Positions 1 to 11,444 of a stretch of 42,395 nt of DNA are shown here, piece by piece. This stretch comes from Octopus sinensis. Its lineage: Eukaryota. The translations under genes were made by a program, and so were the position numbers. The notes beneath the pieces are model-generated. The model saw nothing but the letters and a program-made list of their open reading frames with translations, did not search any database and had not been told where the DNA came from. The first letter of the stretch is position 1, and every line of letters begins with the position of its first letter. The stretch covers positions 1 to 42,395 of the forward strand of contig NW_021835102.1 of assembly GCF_006345805.1 (NCBI RefSeq), given 5' to 3'.

Positions 1-221
1 TATCTTCCCCGATCGCCGTTCCTACCCACTCCTTTCTTCTTATTGTTTTTATCGGTCCGACGAAAAGTTTTCCAATGTTTTCAAAGGGCAGAACGGAAAT
101 CTTAAGCTTTTTCCTTCTTCTTACGCTATCTTTTGTATCGAACTTCTGTCTTTACATAATAGTAATATGTTATTTGTGATTGCAGATCAATGTATAACAA
201 GAACAGCAACAACAACAACAG

Positions 222-270
<49 letters not shown>

Positions 271-324
271 AACTACTACTACTACTACTACTACACTACT
301 ACTACTACTACTACTACTACGACG

Positions 325-370
<46 letters not shown>

Positions 371-371
371 T
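222..371. repeat. (CTA)n microsatellite
   Basis: Near-perfect CTA/ACT run; explains the poly-T/Y/L ORFs at 167-546. Confidence 0.97.
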
Positions 372-442
372 TCGTAATGCTGTTGCCGTAACAACAGCTA
401 ATGCTGCAACAACTACTACAGTTAACATTACTAGTACTGCTA

Positions 443-1278
443 TTATTACCTCCGCCTTAGCGAAGGTGGAGGTAATGTTTCCAGTCGCGTTTGTTTGCTT
501 GTCCCTGGACAAAATATCCCAAGGACCGCTGAATGGATTTGGATGAAACTTTCAGGGATGTTTATCCTCGTGACTGGCACGAAATGATTAGATTTTGGGA
601 TCGATCCGGTACCGGATAAGGATTCTGGATTATTTGTCATATTTATTTTATTTTACATGATTACGATCTTACGTTAACTTTCAAGTCTTTCTCAATTATC
701 TCCTTTTAGGCATTAACTATTTTGAATGGTGAACTTGTTAACTTTGGCTTGTATTAGATAAGGATAAACTATTTATTACTGTTACTAAGGCAGCTGAGCT
801 GGCAGAAACGTTAGCACGCCGGACAAAATGCGTAGCCGTATTTCGTCTGTTGTTACGTTCCGAGTTCAAATTCCGCCGAGGTCGACTTTGCCTTTCATCC
901 TTTCGGGGTCGATAAATTAAGTACCAGTTACGCACTGAGGTCGATGTAATCGACGTAATCCCATTGTCTGTCCTTGTTTGTCCCCTCTGTGTTTAGCCCC
1001 TTGTGGGTAGTAAACAAATATATTTATTACTGTTACTAAATTTTCTACAGGCATCTTCACATTCCATGACTATCATTGGGATCGATCAAGTATTGGACAA
1101 GAATTCTGGATTATTTTTCCGTTTTTTTTTCTTTTTACTTAATTTTTGAGAGTGGTCGGGTTCATTTTTTATGTTTGTGAGAGCAGATATTCTCATTTTA
1201 AAAATCAGCTTTGGCTAATGGTTGAGGAGACGTTGGTGTTGCCTTGGCGGAGGTTTGCGCTCTCTGAGTGCTCTTGTT
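443..1278 (+). mobile_element. Non-autonomous Helentron-type (HINE-like) element, interrupted by a SINE
   Basis: 5' palindrome ATTACCTCCGCCTT-AGCG-AAGGTGGAGGTAAT (445-476); 3' subterminal inverted copy GGCGGAGGT (1246-1254); terminal hairpin GCGCTC-TCT-GAGTGC (1257-1271) then TCTTGTT; internal repeated unit GGGATCGATC...TTCTGGATTATTT at ~597 and ~1078. Confidence 0.65.
789..1020 (+). mobile_element. tRNA-derived SINE family A, full length, tail type 2
   Basis: Head GGCAGCTGAGCTGGCAGAAACG, B-box-like GAGTTCAAATTCC, core GCCTTTCATCCTTTCGGGGTCGATAAATTAAGTACCAG; perfect 19-bp TSD TATTTATTACTGTTACTAA at 770-788 and 1021-1039. Confidence 0.92.
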
Positions 1279-1317
1279 AATACTATTAATAGTACTGCTA
1301 TTACTAGTAGTATTGAA

Positions 1318-1346
1318 GGCGGTGAGCTGGCAGAATCGTTAGCACG
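1318..1346 (+). mobile_element. SINE family A 5' head only
   Basis: GGCGGTGAGCTGGCAGAATCGTTAGCACG is identical to the head at 3201-3229 and is joined directly to a different repeat. Confidence 0.8.
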
Positions 1347-1994
1347 AATGAGGGTTGTTTAAGGATAATGAACGAAACACTCGTCTTTCGAGAGGTGATG
1401 TATTCAAATCTCAAAAGAATCCCTCTCAACTCATGGCTATGATGCACCCCAACTGCTCCTACTCGTGTCAGAGATGGGGATTTGACACGTTCCATAGCTC
1501 ACTTACATAGACACTTATATTCACACGGATTAATTTTTCGTTTTACCTATATATTTGCAAACAACCATTTTTTGCTACCTTTTATTTGTGAGCATTTGGC
1601 TCTACTGTATTAACTTTGCAGTAATAAAGGTATATTTGTTAAAACAGAAAGACTACATCCCTTGCTCTATTTCTATACCTATTGGAATCGTGCCATGCAT
1701 ACGCATCGTAACATTTTCTCATACTGAACAAAATCTCTTACTAAATTGGTGTTCCAACTGCAGATCACTCATTCAACACCATCAACAACAATGTTCTCGC
1801 TTACCTAACTCTCCCTACTAAACACATATCGTCAGCCACTAAAGAACATATTCCAATGGTTAAGGTCAAACAACTGATAAACAAACGTGGTACACAGCAG
1901 AATATTTGCTGTAGCTCATCTTTCATACTAAGACAAAACATGTACATGATGATAATTCCAATCAATTAAGATCCGAAGCCATGAGAGCCAGTGC
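1347..1994 (-). mobile_element. Non-coding (TAA)n-associated interspersed element, partial, split by a 346-bp insertion (1477-1822)
   Basis: 1347-1476 and 1823-1994 are colinear with 3660-4130 (GGGTTGTTTAAGGAT...AAGAATCCCTCTCAACTCATGG...CAGAGATG / CACATATCGTCAGCCAC...GCCATGAGAGCCA). Strand inferred from the truncation pattern of the copy at 4743. Confidence 0.75.
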
Positions 1995-2047
1995 TTTTAA
2001 CAGTCAAAGCTCTTTTAACAGTCAAAGCTCAAAGCCGCGGCCATGCA

Positions 2048-3057
<1,010 letters not shown>

Positions 3058-3121
<64 letters not shown>

Positions 3122-3149
3122 CATTATTATCATTATTATATTATTATTA

Positions 3150-3199
<50 letters not shown>
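3058..3199. repeat. (TTA)n microsatellite
   Basis: Direct reading. Confidence 0.97.
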
Positions 3200-3200
<1 letters not shown>

Positions 3201-3413
3201 GGCGGTGAGCTGGCAGAATCGTTAGCACGCCGAGCGTAATGTTTGGCGGTATTTTGCCCGTCGTTTCGTTGAGTTCAAATTTCGCCGAGGTCGACTTTAC
3301 CTTTCATCCTTTCGGGGTCGATAAAAAAAAAGTGCCAGTTGAGTACTCGGGTTGATATAATCGACTTATCCCTTGCCCCGAAATTGCTGGCCTTGTGCCA
3401 AACTTTGGAATCA
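3200..3413 (+). mobile_element. SINE family A, tail type 1
   Basis: Head, B-box and core as at 789-1020; tail CCCCGAAATTGCTGGCCTTGTGCCAAA. Confidence 0.9.
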
Positions 3414-3445
3414 TTATTAATAGTGTTGTTGTTGTTGTCATTATT

Positions 3446-4141
3446 GAGTGAAAGAGTTGTGCATGTCATCAAAATGACATTGAGGTAAAATATACAAAGC
3501 CCAGCATACCCATCGTGACTACTCGTCTCATAAGGGTACACTAGGCACATGCATCACAACTATATGTGCGCGATATAGTGATCTCATATCAAGATTAACA
3601 GCGCATGACCTTGCAGGTGGGACCCAGTTAAAATTTTCTTCAGGCTGAGTAGTGATACTCAAAAGGGTTGTTTAAGGATATTGGACGAAACACTCCTCTT
3701 TCCAGAGGTGAGTAATTCAAACCCCAAAAGAATCCCTCTCAACTCATGGGTATGATACCCTCCCCTCCCCACTAATCTTGTTCGTGATCAGAGATGTACA
3801 TATCTCCAACCACATAGGGACACGCTCAAATGGTTAAGGCCCAACAACTGACGAGCAAATCTGCGGTCTCTAGTAAGTATGATCGCCGCTACAACCTAGC
3901 TTCAGCGGAGGGCCCACAAGGAGAGGTCGATTGAGCTCGGTACTCTCCAACGCTTGGCCACTCCCGCATGCAGGTCGCTTTCGAGGCAAACTCAACTCAT
4001 GGGCAGTAGGAAACCCCAACGATGGTCCCAGGGCAGAATATTCATTGTAGCCCATCTTTTACACCAGGACAAAACATGTACATGTTAACAATTCCAATCA
4101 GTTAAGATCAGGAGCCATGACAGCCACTACCTGGTATTACA
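3446..4141 (-). mobile_element. Non-coding (TAA)n-associated interspersed element, near full length, with a 165-bp insert (3869-4033)
   Basis: Begins (TTA)GAGTGAAAGAG on +, ends at the (TTA)n array from 4142; homologous to 1347-1994 and 4743-4885. Confidence 0.8.
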
Positions 4142-4320
<179 letters not shown>

Positions 4321-4332
4321 AACTACTAGTGT

Positions 4333-4512
4333 AAAATGCTAAGCGGCATTTCGTCCGTCCTTACGTTCTGAATTGAAATCCTGCCGAGGTCAACTTAGCC
4401 TTCCATCTTTTCGGAGTCGATAAAATAAATACCAGTTGAGTACTGGGGTTGATGTAATCGACTTATCTACTTGCCCGAAATTTCAGCCCTTGTGCCTATA
4501 GTAGAATGGATT
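4333..4512 (+). mobile_element. SINE family A, 5'-truncated
   Basis: Core GCCTTCCATCTTTTCGGAGTCGATAAAATAAATACCAG and tail CCTTGTGCCTATAGTAGAA. Confidence 0.85.
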
Positions 4513-4519
4513 AGGAGCC

Positions 4520-4731
4520 GTTGGTGTTAAGGAGTCCAAATGCGTGAGCTCTCTTTTGTTCCCCTTACAGTGGAACCCCACCACCACCACCACCACAATT
4601 GGGGAAGCATATTGTTGGTTTAATCACTTTGTTAATCGTTGTTTGTTTGCTGTTTACACGTTTAACATCCCCTTGTCTGTGTATCGTCTTCTTTGTTTTG
4701 TGTTCATTCCTGGTGGCCAATAAATAAAGTA
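4520..4731 (+). mobile_element. Probable Tx1/L1-type 3' UTR fragment
   Basis: Ends TGTATCGTC...GGTGGCCAATAAATAAAG-(ATT)n, matching the 3' end at 35160-35255. Confidence 0.5.
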
Positions 4732-4742
4732 TTATTATTATT

Positions 4743-4885
4743 GAGTGAGCGAGCAGAGCATGCCATCAAAGTGACACTGGGGTAAAATATACGAAGCCCA
4801 GTATACCCATCATGACTACCCGTCTGATAAGGGTACACCAGGCACATGCATCACAACCATATGTGCGCGACATGGTGATCTCATA
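4743..4885 (-). mobile_element. Truncated copy of the non-coding (TAA)n-associated element
   Basis: Homologous to 3446-3588; (TTA)n on both sides. Confidence 0.85.
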
Positions 4886-4892
4886 TTATTAC

Positions 4893-4943
<51 letters not shown>

Positions 4944-4958
4944 CATCATCATCATCAT
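4886..4958. repeat. (TTA)n/(TCA)n microsatellite
   Basis: Direct reading. Confidence 0.95.
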
Positions 4959-4959
4959 C

Positions 4960-5150
4960 GCTTTATGACAGGTTATGTTGGAGCTCCTGGAGACTTGCAT
5001 GCGTAGCCAGCTCGCTACCTGCAGCCTATGGTACCATGCTATCCATTCTTTTCAGCTACTTAATGGTGTCCTGATTATTTTGGCCGTGCCAACGAGGCAA
5101 ACCTTTTGTAACAGTTCTACTGGGCACTCTATTCCAATTTCCTTTATATT
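4960..5150 (-). mobile_element. R4/Dong-like LINE 3' end (RLE C-terminus and short UTR)
   Basis: Minus-strand peptide IKEIGIECPVELLQKVCLVGTAKIIR, the typical end of R4-clade ORFs. Confidence 0.75.
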
Positions 5151-6700
5151 GATAATGATAATAATGATAATGAAATTATTGTATACAGTGCTCAGGTGCA
5201 CCACAACTTGTCAAAAGTGCGTATAAAGCATATGCAGTAATGTACAAATGTCTGGAAAGTGAACATAGTATGAGTCAGATACATGCTTGCGTGTGTATGG
5301 AGGGGAGAAAATCAGGTGTAGCGTTGGCGAATCTCAGGAAGCATCGAAGTTATGAAGGATGCAGTGCTCCAACTAACAACTGATGCCGGCAGTTTGTTCC
5401 ATGCTTCAGCAACTCTTAGCGTGAAAAAGTGTTTCCGAAAGTCATGGGAGCTGTGCTGTTTTCTGACTTTGTAAACATGTCCACGGGTGTTAGACAGGTG
5501 GATTTTGAAAAGGTGCTCAGAGTTGTTGTTTGTAAGATGGTTAATAATTTTATGGGTGTCTGCCAAGTCAGTTGCCAGACGTTGGAGTTTCAATGTATCC
5601 ATGCCCAGGGAAGTAAGACGTTCAGAATATGGCAAATTCCTGACGGAGGGTATTCTCTTGGTTGCACGTCGCTGAACGATTTCCAGACGATTAATATCCT
5701 GGGCAAGATAGGGGTTCCAGACCGGTGATGCAAATTCCAGGTGAGGTCGCACCATAACTATATAAAGCCGTAGATAGATAGCCGGAGAGCGGCTCACAAA
5801 GGACTTGGCAATTTTAGCAATGTGTTTTGTCCAACTGTCGATGTGTTTTGTCCAAATCGCTGTCGACAATAATGCCCAGGTCACGTTCACAAGAAGACTT
5901 TTTGAGATTAGTGTTGTGGAGGGAGTAAGTAGACGCTGGGTTTTTCCTCTCAAAATGGTGGTGCATTTGTCAGCTTGAGTTGCCAGTCCATGATCCACTG
6001 CTGCATTGTGTCCAGGTCTGATTGCAATAAATATCTATAGTGTACAGGATCTGTCCTCTTTATTTCGAGGTACAGTTTGATGTCATCTGCATATTTCAGC
6101 ACTGTGGCATTCTTTAAGTTGGCATCTATGTCATTAACATATGCAACAAATAAAAGGGGGCCAATAACAGATCCCTGTGGTACACCAGATATCATCTCAT
6201 AGGGTGAAGAGTGCTGTTCTAGAAGTGAGACAACCTCTTTTCGGCCGATAATGAAGGACTTCAACCAGTTATAGAGATCATCTCTTACACCCATTGCAGA
6301 GAGTTTCACCATACGTATTTTGTGTGGCACAGAATTAAAAGCCTTAGCAAAGTCCAGGTAAACAACATCCACCCAGGATCCACGATCAGTGATTCGGGTA
6401 ATGTCCTGAAGAAACCCGATGAGTTGATTACAGCAGCTGGAGTTAGGAAGAAATCCAAATTGTGATGGCTGGATGAGGCTGTGAGACTTCTAGAAGTTCC
6501 AGAGGGTTTCTCTGACACAGGATTCCATCAGTTTGACGATGCAGCTAGTAAGACTAACGGGGCGATAGTTGACAGATGATGTGCGGTCACCTTTTTAGAA
6601 CAGAGGGATAACACTGGCAGTTTTCCACTGTTCTGGAGTAACACCATTGTCAAAACAGAATTGAAAGAATAGTGAATAGTGAAAGTTGGTTTAGAAGAAA
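5151..6700 (-). mobile_element. CR1/L2-group LINE, 5'-truncated, decayed reverse transcriptase ORF2
   Basis: WKTASVIPLF*KGDRTSSVNYRPVSLTSC; YLDFAKAFNSVPH; GVPQGSVIGPLLF; YADD; RPHLEFASPVWNP...VQRRATK; FFTLRVAEAWNKLP; (ATC/ATT) tail at ~5150. Confidence 0.92.
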
Positions 6701-6860
6701 GTACCCACCGCGTTTGATGCCTTCTGATGCGGATCCCAAGGACCCAACAATAATTGGGACGATCTTCACCTTCTTCATTTTCCATAGCCGGGCTATTTCG
6801 TACTTAAGAGGGTTGTCTCTATCTTTTCGTCTTCTTGAATATTCGTGGGTCAAAGGGGCA
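6701..6860 (-). mobile_element. R4/Dong-like LINE RLE fragment (upstream part of 4960-5150)
   Basis: ORF track 6650-6853: LKYEIARLWKMKKVKIVPIIVGSLGS; abuts (TTA)n at 6861-6958. Confidence 0.8.
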
Positions 6861-6896
6861 TTATTATTATTATTATTATCATTATTATCATCATCA

Positions 6897-6957
<61 letters not shown>

Positions 6958-6958
6958 C
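6861..6958. repeat. (TTA)n microsatellite
   Basis: Direct reading. Confidence 0.97.
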
Positions 6959-7019
6959 AGAACCGTTAGTGCTATAGCTACGTCTACTATTACTAATACA
7001 TCAACATTATATGTAAATC

Positions 7020-7273
7020 GCCGCCGCCGTCATTATCATCAACACCGACATGTTCATTAACACTATCAATTTTCTCATTATAACCTTCAGCATTATCACG
7101 AACGATAACAGCAACAACAACAACAACAACAACAACAACATCATCATCATCATCATCATCATCAATGCTGCAAACTACAAGCAACACCAACAACAACATG
7201 CGCAAAAAATAATCACAACAGCGACAACGATGATATCAAGCACAACAACGAACGCTACACTACCACTGCCACC

Positions 7274-7305
<32 letters not shown>

Positions 7306-8030
7306 CAGCAGCAACAACAACGGTCAAAAGATGTTTTGAAGTGCTTTATGTTGTTCTTTATGTTATCATTAATCAGAAACTATAAAATTACAATTGCACC
7401 ACAATGTCTGCTAGAAACTTTTGAACCATAATACCCCTCTCTGTCTTTCTCTCTCTTTCTCTCTCTCGCTCTCTCTCTCCCTACTCTCTCTCCTTCCCTC
7501 TCTCTCTGTCTATCTATTTCAATCTACTTCTTTTACTTCCTCCTCTTTTTTTCTTGTACCCCTTCTTTTGCTTCTTTCTCACCTTTTCCTCCCGGTCTCG
7601 TCTTTCTTCTCCAACTCCTCCTCTTCCACCTCTCCCTACTCTCTCTCCTCTTCCTCCTCCTCCTCCTACTACCACTACTACTACTTCTACTATTTGCTTC
7701 CTTTTTACCCCCTACTTCTAATTCTTTCTCTTTCTTTTTACTTCCATTTCTTTTCTTCCTCCATTTCTTCTTTTCCTTCTTCATCTCCTCGTACCCTCCT
7801 CCTCTCCTCTGGCTCTCGTCTTCCATTTTTTCTCAACTTTTTCCTCTTCTCCTTCTACTCCTCCTACTACTACTACTATTAGTTCTTTTCCTCTACCTCT
7901 ACTTCGTCTTCTTTTCTTCCTTTTCCATTGTTTCTTCTTCTTCTTCTTCTTCTTCTTCTTCTTTTCTTCTTCTTCTCTTCTTCTTCTCTTCTTCTTCCAC
8001 CGCTTCTTCCATTTCTTCATCTTCTACTCG
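7020..8030. repeat. Compound low-complexity block: (CAA)n, (CAT)n, (CCA)n, (CT)n, then ~500 bp of polypyrimidine (CTT/CCT)
   Basis: Direct reading. Confidence 0.9.
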
Positions 8031-8084
8031 TCGCCCTTCTTAGTGCTTCGAGTAAGCTATTATAAATTGCATTGACTTTTTTCT

Positions 8085-8320
8085 GCATTTTACGTCCTGA
8101 GTTCGAATCTCACGGGGGTCAAGTTTGTTATTTATCTTCTCAGAATCAATAAATAATGTACCAGTCAGATATTAGTGTCGATTTACTTCCCCGGCATTTC
8201 AGGCCATCTGTCTCTGTAAGAAACAATCATTACGGCAGCTGGTATCTAATTTTGTTCTTTTATTTTGTGAGTTCAAATTCTGTTGAAGTACACGTCAAGT
8301 ACTGGGGTCGATGGAATTAT
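8085..8320 (+). mobile_element. Two highly decayed SINE family A remnants
   Basis: CTGAGTTCGAATCTC...GGGGTCAAGTTTG...AATAATGTACCAG and GAGTTCAAATTCTG...AGTACTGGGGTCGATG. Confidence 0.55.
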
Positions 8321-8484
8321 ATATGTTCTGCTGCAGGAATTATGTGGTCTGCTGCAATGAACAAAAATTGCCATTCCCCTCATCTTTTTCCTCACCCTCT
8401 TCCTCATCATCACCATCACCTCCATCATTAACGTCGTCATCATCGTTGTCTTTATCATCATTATCATCATCCTCATTATGTGGT

Positions 8485-8810
8485 GAATCAGGAAGATGTT
8501 TTCCTTCAGTAAATTTGAAAAAAATGGTGCGAGTGAATGGATATAATTTCACCATGGACCTGTAGGTTACATAATGACAGACAGGAAGCACTTTTCTTTG
8601 ATAGTCAGGGCGACATTGCATCTGTGTGGGGCCTTGAGTGACCCTCAGTGAAGGTCTCCCTCTCTGAGTTCTGTTTATTTATCCTGTTGACTTTTCTGAT
8701 CTTAATCTTTTTAATTATTCTCGATTCCGCGTAAACCTCCGCACTTTTTGTAAACTGTCTCTGTAATGTCCACTTAATTCGTATCCCTCGAGGTAAATAA
8801 ATGAAATAAA
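8485..8810 (+). mobile_element. Tx1/L1-type LINE extreme 3' end
   Basis: SKFEK...VRVNGYNFTMDL* parallels SKFVERW...GKGPILSVHL* at ~34950-35010; ends CCCTCGAGGTAAATAAATGAAATAAA. Confidence 0.55.
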
Positions 8811-8849
8811 CATCACTATCGTCGTCATAGTCAATTTCGTCGTCGTCAC

Positions 8850-8880
<31 letters not shown>

Positions 8881-9185
8881 GTTGTTGTTAAAATTATTGC
8901 TATTATTGTGGTAGTTGCTACTTGCCGTAAATGCACACATGTCTCAGAACTTTGCTTAGAAAATATTTTCTTCCGCATCTAATGGAATTTTCTTTTCACC
9001 AAATAAAGGCTTCGGAGGCTTCTGAAATTATCCATTCTATCATTCTATTATTTTGTTATTTGTTTCAGCCAGAGCCTGTACACAACACCGTTGTACATAT
9101 GTTGGGACGCCACCATTGTATACATTTTATTGCAATCAAGCATTTTCCTTTGTTTTATTGATGGTTCAATATCGCCATTCCTGTA

Positions 9186-9596
9186 AGGCGGCGAACTGGT
9201 AGAAACGTTAGAACACCGGGCAAAATGCTTAGCGATATTTCGTCTGCCGTTACGTTCTGAGTTCAAATTCCGCCGAGTTCGACTTTGCCCTTCATCTTTC
9301 GGGGTCGATTAAATAAGTACCAGTTACTCACTGGGGTCGATATAATCGACTTAATCTGTTTGTCTGTCCTTGTTTGTCCTCTCTGTGTTTAGCCCTTTAC
9401 GAGCAATAAAAGAAATAAGAAACATTAGCACGCCGGGCGAAATGCTTAGCGGTATTGAGTTCAAATTCCGCCGAGGTCGACTTTGCCTTTCATCCTTTCG
9501 AGGTTGATAAATTAAGTACCAGTTGCGTACTGGGGTCAATCTAATCGACTAGTCCCCTCCCCCAAAATTTCGGGCCTTGTGCCTAGAGTAGAAATG
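9186..9596 (+). mobile_element. Head-to-tail SINE family A dimer (tail type 2 unit plus tail type 1 unit)
   Basis: Two cores in tandem (9186-9418, 9419-9596); 18-bp TSD AATATCGCCATTCCTGTA at 9168-9185 and 9597-9614 encloses both. Confidence 0.9.
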
Positions 9597-10516
9597 AATA
9601 TCGCCATTCCTGTAGTAACTGGAGAACTTGTAGGTAAGAACGGTGATAGTAGGAAAGACACATCTCAGATATTTTGCTGTCGCAGAAGCAGACTTTGAAA
9701 AAGATAGAAAAACCAAAAAAAAAAGAAATTAATTAAATACACATAAGTTTGAAAAAAAATTAGGTATCAGAAAAGCTTTGCAGCAAATTCAAATTTAAAT
9801 GGCAATAATAAAGGTGCCTAGAACAGCAACAACACATTTTTTTAGTAGCACAAGAGCCAAAACGAGTTACCAGACAATGCAAATGAAAGCATGTGAAAGA
9901 AGCATGTTACAAAAGAAAGTACCTACTTACCTGATGTGTGTATTCTGAAAGGCCTTGAAAAAAAGTGACAAATTTTCATTTTTCAGGGGAAAAAAATAGT
10001 TTCAATATGCCACTAATGTGTGACGAAATAAGGGGAGAATATGGAAATATGTGGTTGGTCTTTGAATCCGAAAGTCAGCTGGAGAGACAGTTAGAGATGG
10101 TATCCCATACGCCTGTCCACGGGCGGGTTTCACAGTATATGGGCGAAAGGAGGGCTTGTGCCTTGTTTTAAAACCGAGAAGCAGAAAGACAAACACAGTA
10201 CGTGTATCAGAAACCTTCTCATAGACGGTATTTGAGATTAACAAATACGAGAGTCACCATAAAAAAAAAGTATTGGGGATATTTTGGAGTTATACATGGT
10301 TGGGTGGGATTTTTAAGATACACATGACTCTACAAGACGACAAAACGTTTCCAGAGTTGTACTACGTATTGGATGCTGAGAGAAAAGCTTTACAATTAGC
10401 TATTCAAAGCAGAATGCTCAACTGCCACACACATGGTAGTGTACGTCTTGTAAGAATTTTAACGCGAAACAGGCGGGAGAAGCGAAGAGAAAGTACGGTA
10501 GTAGCGGAGCATTTTT

Positions 10517-10673
10517 TATCTATTTCTTTACTACCCACAAGGGGCTAAACACAGAGAGGATAAACAAGGACGGACAAACGGATTAAGTCGATTACATCGA
10601 CCCCAGTGTGTAACTGGTACATAATTCATCGACCCCGAAAGGATGAAAGGCAAAGTCCACCTCGGCGGAATTG
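10517..10673 (-). mobile_element. SINE family A, tail type 2, 5'-truncated
   Basis: Reverse complement of the core and tail of 789-1020. Confidence 0.88.
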
Positions 10674-10689
10674 AGCATTTTTTATCGTT

Positions 10690-10875
10690 AATTTGTTTCA
10701 GTCATTAGACTGTGGTCATGCTTGAGCACTGCCTAGAAGGATTTAATAAGCCTGGTACTTATTCTATCGTTTTCTTTTCGCCGAACCGCTAAGTTACGGG
10801 AACATAAATACACCAACTCAAGTTGCTAAGCAGTGGTGAGGGAGAAACCCAAACCCAAACACACACATGTGTGTG
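10690..10875 (-). mobile_element. SINE family B, 3' half
   Basis: TTTCAGTCATTAGACTGTGGTCATGC...TACTTATTCTATCG...GCCGAACCGCTAAGTTACGGG matches 33950-34080. Confidence 0.8.
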
Positions 10876-10885
10876 TATTATAAGA

Positions 10886-11243
10886 TATAATTATAAGGGC
10901 ACTGGAATGCCAGCGCCTATCCGCTAGAAGTAGATGTCAAATATCTACAATCCACTTTAAATTTGTTCTCTGTTTATAATCCCAGGTCGAATGCGAGGTA
11001 ATGAGCAAGATTTACAAAATTTCGGATAATCCCTATATCTTAAGATTTCATGCTCTGTAATAAAAATTACTTTGCAATCCTCAGTAGAGATATACCGACT
11101 AATATATAAGCGAAAAATACATACACATACCGATAAATCTACTCGTACAGATATTAATATATACATACATTGGATTGCAGGTATTTGACATCTACTTCTA
11201 GCGTATAGGCACTGGCATTCCAACGCCCTTATTCATAATTATA
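10886..11243 (-). mobile_element. Fold-back mini-element with hammerhead (PLE pseudo-LTR-like)
   Basis: About 70-bp inverted arms at 10886-10954 and 11171-11243; HHR in the spacer. Confidence 0.7.
11030..11090 (-). ncRNA. Type I hammerhead ribozyme
   Basis: Minus strand: TCTCTA-CTGAGGA-TTGC...GTAAT tttt ATTAC...GCAT-GAAA-TCTTAAGA-TA|TAGGGA. Stem I 6 bp; stem III is the palindrome ATCTTAAGAT; base of stem II non-canonical. Confidence 0.7.
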
Positions 11244-11385
11244 CTTTTATAATCATATACATAAAAATTAATTTTACCTATATGATCATTTTTTATACGG
11301 TAGCCACTGATAAAATCATCTTAATGATTATATCCTCAATTTATAATTATATACATACATACATACTTATATATATATATATATT

Positions 11386-11440
<55 letters not shown>

Positions 11441-11444
<4 letters not shown>

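Noticed and set aside
1475-1824. Solo-LTR interpretation of the insert (TG...CA, AATAAA)
   Set aside because: No TSD and only a weak terminal inverted repeat.
4015-4036. ATGGTCCCAG identical to a stretch of the HDV ribozyme
   Set aside because: 10-nt match only; the nested pseudoknot elements could not be built.
9965-10548. Short ORFs in unique sequence (68 and 91 aa)
   Set aside because: No recognisable motifs, different frames, and lengths compatible with chance.
11300-11340. CTGATAA followed by AATCAT/ATGATT hairpin
   Set aside because: Core mismatch and no GAAA; an AT-rich hairpin is expected by chance.
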